DNA from: Candidatus Dojkabacteria bacterium
GTDB lineage: Bacteria; Patescibacteriota; Dojkabacteria; J137
Direction of reading: 5' to 3'
Length of the DNA stretch: 64,000 nucleotides
Assembly (NCBI GenBank): GCA_030950485.1
Contig: JAUZRK010000001.1
Span: 103,998 to 167,997 of the forward strand
Shown here: one piece after another, positions 42,623 to 52,182 of the stretch
How the letters are laid out: the number at the start of each line of letters is the position of its first letter
How positions within the stretch are numbered: the first letter of the stretch is position 1
Translations under genes and position numbers: made by a program
The notes under the pieces: model-generated
Seen by the model: the letters and a program-made list of their open reading frames with translations, nothing else
Told to the model about the DNA's origin: nothing
Databases searched by the model: none

Positions 42623-42952
42623 TTAATCAATTTCTACAGTAATTCTATATGGCCTTCCAATAGCATCTAGAACCTTAGCTAAATATTCAACTGAAATATT
42701 CTGCTGACCTCTTTCTAGCCTAGAAATTGATGCAGGCTTTGTATTAATTCTTTCAGCTACTTCTTTTTGAGTTAAACCTTCTGCGATTCTCGCTTTTTCA
42801 ACTTTCTCTGCTATGTCTAAGCCGTATTTTTTTCTAAGCTCCAACCTGGTCTCTTCTGCTTCTTTATAAAATTTTTCACGATCTTTAAGATCGGGATAGT
42901 ATTTTCTTATTAGTTGCTCATGGCTTATTAATTTTGATTCATCTATTTTCAT
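42623..42952 (-). CDS. XRE-family HTH antitoxin (HigA-like)
   Basis: HTH AEGLTQKEVAERINTKPASISRLERGQQNISVEYLAKV. Confidence 0.6.
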   Translation of the reverse strand: MKIDESKLISHEQLIRKYYPDLKDREKFYKEAEETRLELRKKYGLDIAEKVEKARIAEGLTQKEVAERINTKPASISRLERGQQNISVEYLAKVLDAIGRPYRITVEID

Positions 42953-42959
42953 AGATCTG

Positions 42960-43271
42960 TTACTTAATAAATAAATCTTTATATCTTTTTGAAGCCAAAT
43001 TTAAAACCTGCATTGGTGTTTTCTGTGACTTCTTATGAAATACAAGTAGTACATATATGTTAGGACTTACCTTTACTGTAATAGATCTATAGATATTTCT
43101 ATCAACCCTAATTCTAAATTCGTAAAATCTACTACCTTTTAATTTCTTTAGTGTCTTTATCTTTAGCTGTTCATTAGCTATGAATGAATTAAATACCGCA
43201 AAGAATTTATTCCTTACCTTAGAAGGCAGCTTTTCCAATTCTTTGTCTACTTTATAGTAATGTTTTATCAT
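42960..43271 (-). CDS. RelE/HigB-like toxin (Gp49-like, COG4679-type)
   Basis: FYEFRIRVDRNIYRSITV..IYVLLVFHKKSQKTPMQVLNLASKRYKDL; toxin-first HigBA arrangement with the downstream XRE gene. Confidence 0.55.
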   Translation of the reverse strand: MIKHYYKVDKELEKLPSKVRNKFFAVFNSFIANEQLKIKTLKKLKGSRFYEFRIRVDRNIYRSITVKVSPNIYVLLVFHKKSQKTPMQVLNLASKRYKDLFIK

Positions 43272-43321
43272 AAACTTAACATATATGTTAATACTGAAAT
43301 TGTTCTAATTAACCTAATTGT

Positions 43322-43687
43322 CTAAAGGTTCTTAGACTTAACTTTTCTGTAAATTGAGTTTAGTATTAAGTTCAATTCATTTGCTTCTTTCCATAAGACT
43401 CCTATTTCTTTTTTTATGTATGGAACAGCCGTTGCTAACATCCTGAGGTGATGCTTTGTTTCTCTAGCTTCTTTTTTACTGATACCAATTTTATTTGCAA
43501 AGTCTTTAGAACTAACAGCGTCATCAGCCTCTGCATAATTAGCGCCAACACTTGTAGATGACCTGATTAGTTGAGAGATTATAGGTTTAGAAATAATATC
43601 TACACTAATTCTCTTACACATTAAGATTACATTTTCTCCAAATTTTGCCGTTCTTTCCTCAAGGTTATACTTTTCTTTATTTTGCAT
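43322..43687 (-). CDS. four-helix-bundle protein (23S rRNA IVS family), second copy
   Basis: ISQLIRSSTSVGANYAEADDAVSSKDFANKIGISKKEARETKHHLRML typical of this family. Confidence 0.6.
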   Translation of the reverse strand: MQNKEKYNLEERTAKFGENVILMCKRISVDIISKPIISQLIRSSTSVGANYAEADDAVSSKDFANKIGISKKEARETKHHLRMLATAVPYIKKEIGVLWKEANELNLILNSIYRKVKSKNL

Positions 43688-43763
43688 TCTTTTAGAGTAA
43701 TTAGGTTAATTAGTGCAATTAGAATAATTTTTCAATTTATATTTTTTACTTTTACATTTTTAG

Positions 43764-45281
43764 TCACCCTCCAATCTCAACCCTATAACTCAACGCCTCC
43801 ATTACTTCAGTTTTAGTAATTTCTTTTGAGCCATTTAAATCAGCTATTGTTCTCAATACTTTTAAAAGTCGATAGTAAGATATAGCACTTAAGTTCATTT
43901 TATTAACTGCTAGTTTAAGAATATCTGTGGTTTCTTCATCAAGTTTTATAAATTCCTTAAGTTCTTTTCCATTTAAATCTGAATTAGAAATGATAGAGGG
44001 GTAGTTATTATATCGAGTAATTTGAAGGTTTCTAGCTTTTAGGACTCTCTCTAATTGACTCAGAAGATTCAGAAGAGCTTTGAGAAAAGAGTTTCTCATT
44101 CTCTACTTTCGGAACATTGATCAATAAATCTATTCGGTCCAGAATTGGCCCTGAGAGACGCTTTAAGTACCTAGCAGATTCCATTGGATTACAGCTACAT
44201 TCTCTAACAGGATCTCCTTTATAACCACATTTACAAGGATTCATTGCTGCTACTAATGTAAAGTTCGCAGGAAATGTTAAAGATCCAGAGGCTCTAGAAA
44301 TTGTGACAACTTTATCTTCAAGGGGCTGTCTTAGTGCTTCTAATGATTTAGAAGAAAACTCTGGGAACTCATCAAGGAAAAGTACTCCTCTGTGTGAAAG
44401 AGAGATTTCTCCTGGTTTAATTTGTCCTCCACCTCCGACTAGCGCTACTTGCGACGAAGTATGGTGGGGACTTCTAAATGGTCTGTCTTTAATAAGTGGT
44501 TCTTCTTTTGAAGTAAGGCCACATACGCTATAAATTCTTCTAATTTCTAATGATTCATTCGTGGTTAGTTCAGGAAGTATTGATCAAAAGCATTTAGAAA
44601 GCATAGTCTTTCCAGATCCAGGAACTCCCGACATTAAAACAGACCTCCTGCAGCTGCAATTTCCAAAGCTCTTCTCGCATGTTCCTGGCCTTTTACCTGG
44701 GCGAAATCATAGGCATATTCCTTAATCTTTTGCTTCATGTCTTTCTCTTTTCTTTGATAGACAGGTATTTCAGTTATTCCATCAAAATGATTCAATATTT
44801 CTTTTATAGTATTAACTCCATAAACTTTAATTCCAGAAATTAGGGAAGCTTCATCTGCATTTTCAATAGGAAGATATATCTCCTTATAGCCAAGCTTATG
44901 AATAGCATCAGCAATTGGCAGTATCCCTTTTACTGGTCTTAACCTTCCATCGAGTGCAAGCTCTCCAATAAATAGTTTATCTTTTGTATTAAAGTGAATT
45001 TGTCTTGAAGCTAGTAAGTAACCGAGGGCTAGCGGAAAATCGTAACTTGGACCAGACTTATTTAATTCTGCAGGCGCTAGATTCATAATTATTTTCATTG
45101 GAATAAACTCAGCTCCTGAGTTTATTATAGCCGACGGTATACGATCATTCGCTTCTTGAATAGATTTATCAGCAAGCCCTACAATTGAGATATGTGTATT
45201 TCCTTTCCTATAATCAACCTCAACTTCAACGATTTTACAGTCTAGACCAACAAGAGCTGCGGTATATAGTTTTGCAATCAT
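43764..45281 (-). pseudogene. comM: Mg-chelatase-like ATPase ComM/YifB with multiple frameshifts and an in-frame TGA (44584-44586)
   Basis: N-terminus MIAKLYTAALVGLDCKIVEVEVD..EIAAAGG, then the frame shifts to VLMSGVPGSGKTMLSKCF*SILPELT.. A further shift precedes NPCKCGYKGDPVRECSCNP, and another precedes the C-terminal domain ORF 43764-44099. Confidence 0.8.
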
Positions 45282-45873
45282 TCTTTATTTTAAATCGGAA
45301 AGTAATCTGTGGATTTAGAAAGTAGAGTAGAGTGAAAGAGTTTTGAAAGAATTTCAAAGTAAAAAGTACAAAGTCAAAATGTCTTATACACTGAATTTCA
45401 TGTTAGTTTTATTACTTTTGATTTTTTACTTCTTGATAGTTAATATTGTGCCATGGCGCATTTAATGATATACTTACTCTCGATACATAAGATATTACAA
45501 AATAATATGGAAATGTATTAAAAACGGTAAGGCCGCCTGATGAAGGGCCACAGAAACCTACTGAGAATATCAGTATTTTCGATAAGTTCATTAATGCTTC
45601 ACTAGATCTTCTTCAACATTACATTGACTACAAAATAAAATCAGAACTCTGGGAAATTGGGACAGAGCTAGTATCAGGATTTCTTGAAGGTGTAAACCTG
45701 ACAGATATAAATTTTGATGAGCTACTAGATGGATTTGAAGATCTGGTAAGTGGAGGACTGGAGCAGTAGTTACAGGCTATTTATTAGCTTCCTTGTGTTT
45801 TGTATACTCCTGAAAGAATTTTTATTTAGAATAATTAGTTAAATTAGAGCAATTAGCATAATTCTGTATTGAT

Positions 45874-46494
45874 CTAATAATTTAACTCCTCGAAATCAAC
45901 TAGCTCATTCGCATCATCAAATTTAAGTTTCATAGCTCCTCCCATCGGAATAAAATTTGCTTGCTTATGTAGCGAGACATTTGGATCAATTTCAATACTT
46001 CGTTTTTTCATAGAATAAATCATCATTGGGTCGCCATGAGAGCAAATTATAAATGATTCATTTTTATGCTCTTTCAATTTTGAAGAAATGAATTTATTCA
46101 TTCTTGTATAAACTGAATCTAGAGTTTCACCTCCAGCAGCTATGTGTTCTTCACTAACATACATAGTAGTACCATTATTAAGTTTATAGTACTCATCAAT
46201 TCTTAATCCTTGAAGAGGGGAGTAGGGCTCGATTAAATCAAGGCTAACATCCACTTTTTTCTCATTTCTTTCCTCATCCTCCCAAATCCCATATTGAAGA
46301 ATGTCTACAGTTTCTAAAATTCTATTAATTGGACTTGCGTAAATAGCAGAGATTTCTAGTTCTTTGTAAAAAGGACATAGTTCCTTTATCTGCTTTATTC
46401 CCTGGATAGCAAGACTAATATCTGGCATCCTTAGCGGCATTATATTTCTAGGATTTGAGTAGATCCCATGTCTTTGTAAAAAAATCGTTGTCAA
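45874..46494 (-). CDS. histidine phosphatase superfamily protein (PGM-like)
   Basis: RHG motif LQRHGIY near the N-terminus. Confidence 0.5.
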   Translation of the reverse strand: MTTIFLQRHGIYSNPRNIMPLRMPDISLAIQGIKQIKELCPFYKELEISAIYASPINRILETVDILQYGIWEDEERNEKKVDVSLDLIEPYSPLQGLRIDEYYKLNNGTTMYVSEEHIAAGGETLDSVYTRMNKFISSKLKEHKNESFIICSHGDPMMIYSMKKRSIEIDPNVSLHKQANFIPMGGAMKLKFDDANELVDFEELNY

Positions 46495-46633
46495 TTTAGT
46501 AATTATTAATTTTTAATTATTTTTGCTTATATTTCTTGGCTATTATAAGCAACACCATAAGTCATAGTAACTAAATAACTAATAAGACAAAGCTTACTCT
46601 AAGTTACCTAGTTACTATTTTTTCAATTTGATT

Positions 46634-48091
46634 TTATCTATACAGATCCTTAAAATTCTCCCAAACATTATAATATCCATATTCATTTACATAACCTTTA
46701 TCACTTACATCTAAGCTATCCCATTGATCGTCAGTCATATATTCTTTTAATACATAAAGATTATGATTAGAAGATAGATAATCAAATTGAGCGCTTAACT
46801 CATAATAAGTTCCTTCATTATACTTATAGCTATCATATCTATATGCTTCAGGTTCTGGAAATCTTTTATTTGTATTAATTTCACCATCTTTTATTAAATC
46901 AGCATCCTCTAAGAGTTCAACCAATCTATTGCTCTGGCTTCTTTCAGACACTGAGAACATATTAAAATATGGAACTAGAATAAAAAATGCCAGTAAAAGA
47001 AAGTTGAATATTGGTAAAAACTTCAAAGAAATTTTCTTATGTAGTTGTAGTTGAACAAATGCGAATATCGCTGTTACCCAAATTAATACATAGTTAAATC
47101 TAGATGCAGTTATACCAAATTCATTAATTCTAATCATTAACCCCACTATAAACATTATCAAAGGAATTATTCCAACAATACCTAAAACTCTAATTGATTT
47201 TTTAAACCACTTATTTCCTTCCTCAAACAGAAGTGGATACATTGTATATGCATAAAATAAGTACGCTCCAATAAATGCACTTGATGCTGGAGTCAAAGTA
47301 TTCTCTGGTGTTTCATCAACAATAACTCTTATAGCAAATAGTATTAATATAAAACTATAAATAGATAAAAACGGAAGTGTAATTATCTGATTTAGTTTAA
47401 TTAAGAATCTTTGTGAATGGACATCCGCGTCATGTTCTTGAAAGTTCTCAGGAATCCAATTTAAGAAGAGTGCTGTACCTGTTAGTGTTCCTAATGTTAA
47501 TAAATACATTGAAATCCTAGCTGTAAAATTACCGCTAAAATCAATACCTAATAATCCCAAAGTTAAAGCAAGCAGTAGGAACAATGCTCCTGTTGCTAGT
47601 GCTGCAAAAATATATCCTATAAAGAAGCTTCTAATTAAACTCACTACGTAATACCAATATCTACTGTCCTTTACTTTTATCATTAAGAACGGCCCAGTAA
47701 ATAAACCTACTGAAATTAGATTCGTTAATAATGAGTAGTATGAAAATCGCCTCATACTTTCAGCAGGATACTCTACCTCTCTAAAAAGCCAGAAAGTTAC
47801 TGCAGAGATGAAACCAAATGAAACAAGGTATGAAAATACAGCTAAAGCCGTATCTTTGTTTTTTCTTCTTTCCAAAGTCAAACCAATTGCTAGGAATGCT
47901 ACTGTTGAAACTGCTACAGAAGCAAATAATTTAAACATAAATGTTGCTTGATCAAGATCACCGCTTGTCTCTCCTATTAACTGTGTCTCAATTAATATAT
48001 TAAAGATTAAAGTAGCCGAGACTATTCCTATTAGTACTGCAGGAAATCTCTTAGGTAAATAGGCAATATTTTTTAATGATTCGAAATTCAT
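46634..48091 (-). CDS. polytopic membrane protein of unknown function
   Basis: more than 10 hydrophobic helices. Confidence 0.45.
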   Translation of the reverse strand: MNFESLKNIAYLPKRFPAVLIGIVSATLIFNILIETQLIGETSGDLDQATFMFKLFASVAVSTVAFLAIGLTLERRKNKDTALAVFSYLVSFGFISAVTFWLFREVEYPAESMRRFSYYSLLTNLISVGLFTGPFLMIKVKDSRYWYYVVSLIRSFFIGYIFAALATGALFLLLALTLGLLGIDFSGNFTARISMYLLTLGTLTGTALFLNWIPENFQEHDADVHSQRFLIKLNQIITLPFLSIYSFILILFAIRVIVDETPENTLTPASSAFIGAYLFYAYTMYPLLFEEGNKWFKKSIRVLGIVGIIPLIMFIVGLMIRINEFGITASRFNYVLIWVTAIFAFVQLQLHKKISLKFLPIFNFLLLAFFILVPYFNMFSVSERSQSNRLVELLEDADLIKDGEINTNKRFPEPEAYRYDSYKYNEGTYYELSAQFDYLSSNHNLYVLKEYMTDDQWDSLDVSDKGYVNEYGYYNVWENFKDLYR

Positions 48092-48233
48092 TTTTAATTT
48101 ATTAAGTGTTAGTAATAGTATAGTAGACTAATAGGGGAATATAAAGGGACTATTATTTTGCTATTATTTTAGTATGGTAATAACCACATAATTAATTGTC
48201 AACATCAGTCTGACGCGTTTCATCAAGCACTTG

Positions 48234-48797
48234 CTAGACAACTTTTACATATATTCTAAATTCATACCTAATCTCACACTCTAAAACTCTAGTTACAAAT
48301 TTCTGACTTTTCTCTATCTTCCATATTGAATCATTAATTTCGGGGAAGAAAATATCACCTTCTATTTCATGATCTAAAACAGTTAAATATAACTTATCTG
48401 CTTTATCTATAAATTCATTATAAAGACTCGCACCTCCAAAAATAAAAATCTCTTCAGAACCAGGAGAGTTGTTTGCGATTTCTAAAGCGCTTTCAATATT
48501 ATTAGCTAATTGCCCCTCACCCGTTTCTAAATCACTATTTGAGCTAAGAATTATATTTGTTCTGCCTGGTAGAGTTTTTGGTTTATCTAATTTCTTTCCA
48601 TCTGAACCCTTAAATGATTTAAAACTAGAGATGGACTCGAAGTTCTTTCGCCCCATTATTATCGGATGTCCCATTGTAAGTTTTTTGGTTCGTTGATAGT
48701 CTTCAGTTATATGCCAAGGGATTGTATTACCCTTTCCTATAACATTATTTTTAGACATTGCTGCGATTATTGAAATCATTCTTTTTATTGATACCAA
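48234..48797 (-). CDS. folA: dihydrofolate reductase
   Basis: MISIIAAMSKNNVIGKGNTIPW and GRKNFESI motifs. Confidence 0.75.
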   Translation of the reverse strand: MVSIKRMISIIAAMSKNNVIGKGNTIPWHITEDYQRTKKLTMGHPIIMGRKNFESISSFKSFKGSDGKKLDKPKTLPGRTNIILSSNSDLETGEGQLANNIESALEIANNSPGSEEIFIFGGASLYNEFIDKADKLYLTVLDHEIEGDIFFPEINDSIWKIEKSQKFVTRVLECEIRYEFRIYVKVV

Positions 48798-48849
48798 TTC
48801 TATTTTACATCATGGGAAATATTAAGGCGAGTTTATGGTGTTGGTTCGG

Positions 48850-48905
48850 GCGACGATGAAGGCGACAATCATGATTGTCGCCTTCGGATAATTGCCGCCT
48901 TCATT
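48850..48905. promoter_or_regulatory. perfect 28-bp palindrome gaaggcgacaatcatgattgtcgccttc plus two extra half-sites (ggcgacgat, aattgccgccttc) in the folA / kinase divergent region
   Basis: GC-rich dyad symmetry in an AT-rich spacer; operator-like or hairpin. Confidence 0.45.
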
Positions 48906-48930
48906 AAAAAAGGTTAATGAAATATAATCA

Positions 48931-49962
48931 TTGAAAATGACTGAAAAATTAATAAAAAAAATATTAAAAAAATATGGATATGATGTTGTAAAAATATATC
49001 CAGAGCAATCAGGGTATCGTAATAAATCTTATGCGGTTGATGTGATGCATTTGTATGATTCTGTAAGGGCAAAAAATATTTTGCCCCTACAGAGAAAACG
49101 AAATTTGATCCTTTATAAAAATGAGCAAGGAATTATTAAAAAAATACAAAACGCAAACGCAGTTTCAAATTTCCTCGCAGAACAAGGCATTCCATCAAGA
49201 AAATCTCTTGGGAAAATAATTAGGTTGCATGATGAGAAAATAGAAAGATTCGCATGTTTGTACAACTATCTTCCAGGAGAAACCATTTCATGGGAAGCTT
49301 ACAATAAAGAACATATTAAACTATTAGGGAAGGCAATGAGCGATATGCATTTTTATTTAAAGGATTATTCTAAAAAGGATAAGTTGGAAAGTATTGATGA
49401 AATCATTAAAAACCAGGCGAATAAAATGATTCAATATTTTAAAAAAGAGGGTGTTAGAAATGCGATGGTTAGGAAATTGGGATTGATATGTAATATAAAT
49501 TTTATAAACAAATTCGTAGGGGCCGAAAATCTTCGGCCCCTACAAAACATATATTCAGATCAATCTATTCCCCTCCACATGGACCTCGTCCGTAGCAACG
49601 TTCTATTTGATTTAGATAAAAATAAAGACATATTTATTTCAGGAATCATAGATTTCGAAAAAGTAGCAAAGGGAAATCGAATATTTGATATCGCGAGAAC
49701 CTTGGCGTTTCTTCTTGTAGATTGTAAATATAAAGATCCAGTTAAAATTAGGAAATACTTTTTAATAAGTGGATATAAAAAAAGAGAGCTAGAAGATTTA
49801 CCAGATTTAACTCATTTAAACTATTTAATTTACTATTTTTTAACATACGATTTTTATAAATTCTTAAGACATAATCCTTATGAATCATTAAACTCGAATG
49901 AGCATTTTATTCGTACGAAAAACTTTTTACTAAGTAAAAAAATCCTGATAAGCTGTAGTTAA
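48931..49962 (+). CDS. APH/choline-kinase-like phosphotransferase
   Basis: Brenner motif HMDLVRSNVLFD and IIDFEK; carries two in-frame palindromic insertions. Confidence 0.6.
   Translation: MKMTEKLIKKILKKYGYDVVKIYPEQSGYRNKSYAVDVMHLYDSVRAKNILPLQRKRNLILYKNEQGIIKKIQNANAVSNFLAEQGIPSRKSLGKIIRLHDEKIERFACLYNYLPGETISWEAYNKEHIKLLGKAMSDMHFYLKDYSKKDKLESIDEIIKNQANKMIQYFKKEGVRNAMVRKLGLICNINFINKFVGAENLRPLQNIYSDQSIPLHMDLVRSNVLFDLDKNKDIFISGIIDFEKVAKGNRIFDIARTLAFLLVDCKYKDPVKIRKYFLISGYKKRELEDLPDLTHLNYLIYYFLTYDFYKFLRHNPYESLNSNEHFIRTKNFLLSKKILISCS
49061..49092. repeat. palindrome gtaagggcaaaaaatattttgcccctac embedded in-frame in the kinase gene (SVRAKNILPLQR)
   Basis: family A element, one arm mismatch. Confidence 0.7.
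49515..49546. repeat. palindrome gtaggggccgaaaatcttcggcccctac embedded in-frame in the kinase gene (VGAENLRPLQN)
   Basis: family A variant, perfect 12-bp arms. Confidence 0.7.
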
Positions 49963-50010
49963 CTTAGAACAAAAAAAGACTCTCCATTTTAAATATTTAC
50001 TTCAAAAAAA

Positions 50011-50589
50011 ATGGCTGAAAAAAAGAAGAGAACTAGTTTTAACTGGCGGACCAGACTCGCGGCGCAATCAGATTTAATGGATTTAGGAGAAAGGATTAGA
50101 GCAAAGAAAAAGAAAATAGTTTTTACAGCAGGAAACTGGGATTTACTTCATGTAGGACAAACTAGATATCTTCAAAAAGCTAAGGAATTAGGAGATGTAT
50201 TAGTCGTTGGAGTAGCTAGTGATATTGCTGTTAGAGAGAAGAAGGGAAAGAACAAGCCTATTTTAGGAGAATTAATTAGAGCCGAAATGTTAGCTAATAT
50301 TCGGTGGGTAGATTTTGTTACTATCTTTCCAGAGACAAGTTGCCAGCCATCTTTAGGACTTTTAAAACCAGATGTGTTTCTAACTGTTGTAGAAGATTGG
50401 AATACAGATTTTGAAAATTCCAAGGAGTATAAAACTGTAACTAGCTATGACGGGGAAGTTGTAAAAGCCGATAGGCAATCTCCATTTCTTTCAACAACAA
50501 AAATACTAGATAGAGCAATTGGAGGAAAGCTTAGCGATATGTTTAAAGATTTTATGGACTACAGAAAGGATCCGTTAAGAGAAAAATAA
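50011..50589 (+). CDS. HxGH cytidylyltransferase-like nucleotidyltransferase (RfaE-II/TagD/CCT-like fold)
   Basis: FTAGNWDLLHVGQTRYLQKAKELGDVLVVGVASD. Confidence 0.55.
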   Translation: MAEKKKRTSFNWRTRLAAQSDLMDLGERIRAKKKKIVFTAGNWDLLHVGQTRYLQKAKELGDVLVVGVASDIAVREKKGKNKPILGELIRAEMLANIRWVDFVTIFPETSCQPSLGLLKPDVFLTVVEDWNTDFENSKEYKTVTSYDGEVVKADRQSPFLSTTKILDRAIGGKLSDMFKDFMDYRKDPLREK

Positions 50590-50592
50590 TAT

Positions 50593-51177
50593 ATGGAAAA
50601 GAAATTAAACGAAAAATTACTAGAAGCTATAGCAATTATGTCTAATGTTATGCGAGATGTAGTTTCTAAAGGCTATATTTGGGGCGGGTGTGTAGCTGAT
50701 GTATATTCAGGAGACTTTGTAAGAGAGCATGAAGATATTGAGTACTTAATTGAAGATCTTCATAAAAAATTATTGCTCATTATTAAAACATTTAACGTTT
50801 ACGGTTGGGAGATCGAAAGTTTAACTAATGGAGATCTTAAAGCTAAATCTGGAGATGTTGAAATTTTAATGAGTCATGCAGAATTTCCTGAAGGGAAGGA
50901 GTATGCGAGATGGTATTACAAGCCAGAACTTGGTTATATTGAGTTTCCATATGAATGGTTAAATCAAGAAACTATCCTGTTTAACGGTGTCCCTCTTAAT
51001 GCAGTCAGCCCTGAATTCCAATATGTATTAAGGAAAAATCCTAAGTCATTAAATCCTATTTGGAAGACTAGAGATAAAGATTCTCATGATCTAGCTAGAT
51101 TAAAAGAGATCATTATAAAAAGGGGAGTAGATTTGGAAAGTCTAGATTCAAATATAAAATTAGTAAAAATTATATAG
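50593..51177 (+). CDS. aminoglycoside-2''-adenylyltransferase-like minimal nucleotidyltransferase
   Basis: IWGGCVADVYSGDFVREHEDIEYLIED resembles the ANT(2'')/PF10706 signature. Confidence 0.45.
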   Translation: MEKKLNEKLLEAIAIMSNVMRDVVSKGYIWGGCVADVYSGDFVREHEDIEYLIEDLHKKLLLIIKTFNVYGWEIESLTNGDLKAKSGDVEILMSHAEFPEGKEYARWYYKPELGYIEFPYEWLNQETILFNGVPLNAVSPEFQYVLRKNPKSLNPIWKTRDKDSHDLARLKEIIIKRGVDLESLDSNIKLVKII

Positions 51178-52182
51178 TTGAAAGTAGATAACAAAGTAAC
51201 AGCAAAATTAAATGAACAAGAAAAACAGGAGCTCTATAAAAACGCTAGGGCTAAAGCTTGGTACGATGGGATTTGGCAAACTGTAGGAAAGTGTGTTTTC
51301 TGCGATCTTCGAGATAAATATATTATTCATGAGGAACATGGAATTGTTTTAACTGTAAATATCTACCCGTATATTGACGGTCAAATGCTAGCTGTTCCTA
51401 GAAATCATATTAAATCCCCGAAGGAATTAACTGAAAGACAATGGGAGACAATGAGAAAATTTAGCTATATTGCTAAGAAATTAATAAGAAAGACTCATGG
51501 TCATAAAGGTATGTGGAGCCTACTTAGAGAGGGCGGCATTAATGCTCAGATGAGTGTTTCTGATCATTTACATATGCAATTTATACCCTTCGATAACTCA
51601 GACCTTGCGACATGGAACTACCGTGAGTTAAAGCATACGCCGCTTGAGAATGCTGGACTTTATAAAGAGAACTTTAAGGTTATTCAAAAGAATGCTATTA
51701 AGTTCGATGAGAAATATAGCTCAGGGCAGCTATTAAATTTAATCACGGATTGTATTTTCAAAAATGAAAAAGGTGAAGCGCTTCTAATAAAAAGATGTGA
51801 AGATCATAAAATAGAAGGTTATGATTATTGCTTCCCGGGAGGTCATCTTGATCATGTAGATCAAGGAGTTTTTGGATCACTTTTCGATGAAATGAAAGAA
51901 GAGGTAAATTATTCGATAAAAGAGGAGAGTGTTAAGTTACTCGATTCGAGACTTTCTAAAATCACTTATCTAAATGATTCAAAATATTTAGGAGTCGAGA
52001 TGAAGAATTCTGAAAACGTTTTATGGAATATATACTACTACGATAAAGTAGTTAATTCATCAGAGTTTAAAGCAGGCGATGATGCCGACAGTTTGTATTG
52101 GATAAAAGAAGACGAGGTCGATAAATTCAAAGGTATATCTAAGGAGACTAAAGAAATTTTACATAAGTTTTTTTCACTATGA
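51178..52182 (+). CDS. HIT-superfamily (GalT-like HxHxQ branch) and Nudix-like fusion protein
   Basis: N-terminal CVFCD zinc knuckle and DHLHMQFIP; C-terminal FPGGHLDHVDQGVFGSLFDEMKEEVN Nudix-like box. Confidence 0.5.
   Translation: MKVDNKVTAKLNEQEKQELYKNARAKAWYDGIWQTVGKCVFCDLRDKYIIHEEHGIVLTVNIYPYIDGQMLAVPRNHIKSPKELTERQWETMRKFSYIAKKLIRKTHGHKGMWSLLREGGINAQMSVSDHLHMQFIPFDNSDLATWNYRELKHTPLENAGLYKENFKVIQKNAIKFDEKYSSGQLLNLITDCIFKNEKGEALLIKRCEDHKIEGYDYCFPGGHLDHVDQGVFGSLFDEMKEEVNYSIKEESVKLLDSRLSKITYLNDSKYLGVEMKNSENVLWNIYYYDKVVNSSEFKAGDDADSLYWIKEDEVDKFKGISKETKEILHKFFSL

Noticed and set aside
44584-44586. TGA inside comM at a position where homologs have Gly (KCF-G-SILPEL), which could suggest UGA=Gly recoding (genetic code 25, as in Gracilibacteria/SR1)
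   Set aside because: The other genes in the window read through cleanly under the standard code, and many terminate with TGA. comM also carries independent frameshifts, so this is pseudogene decay, not recoding.
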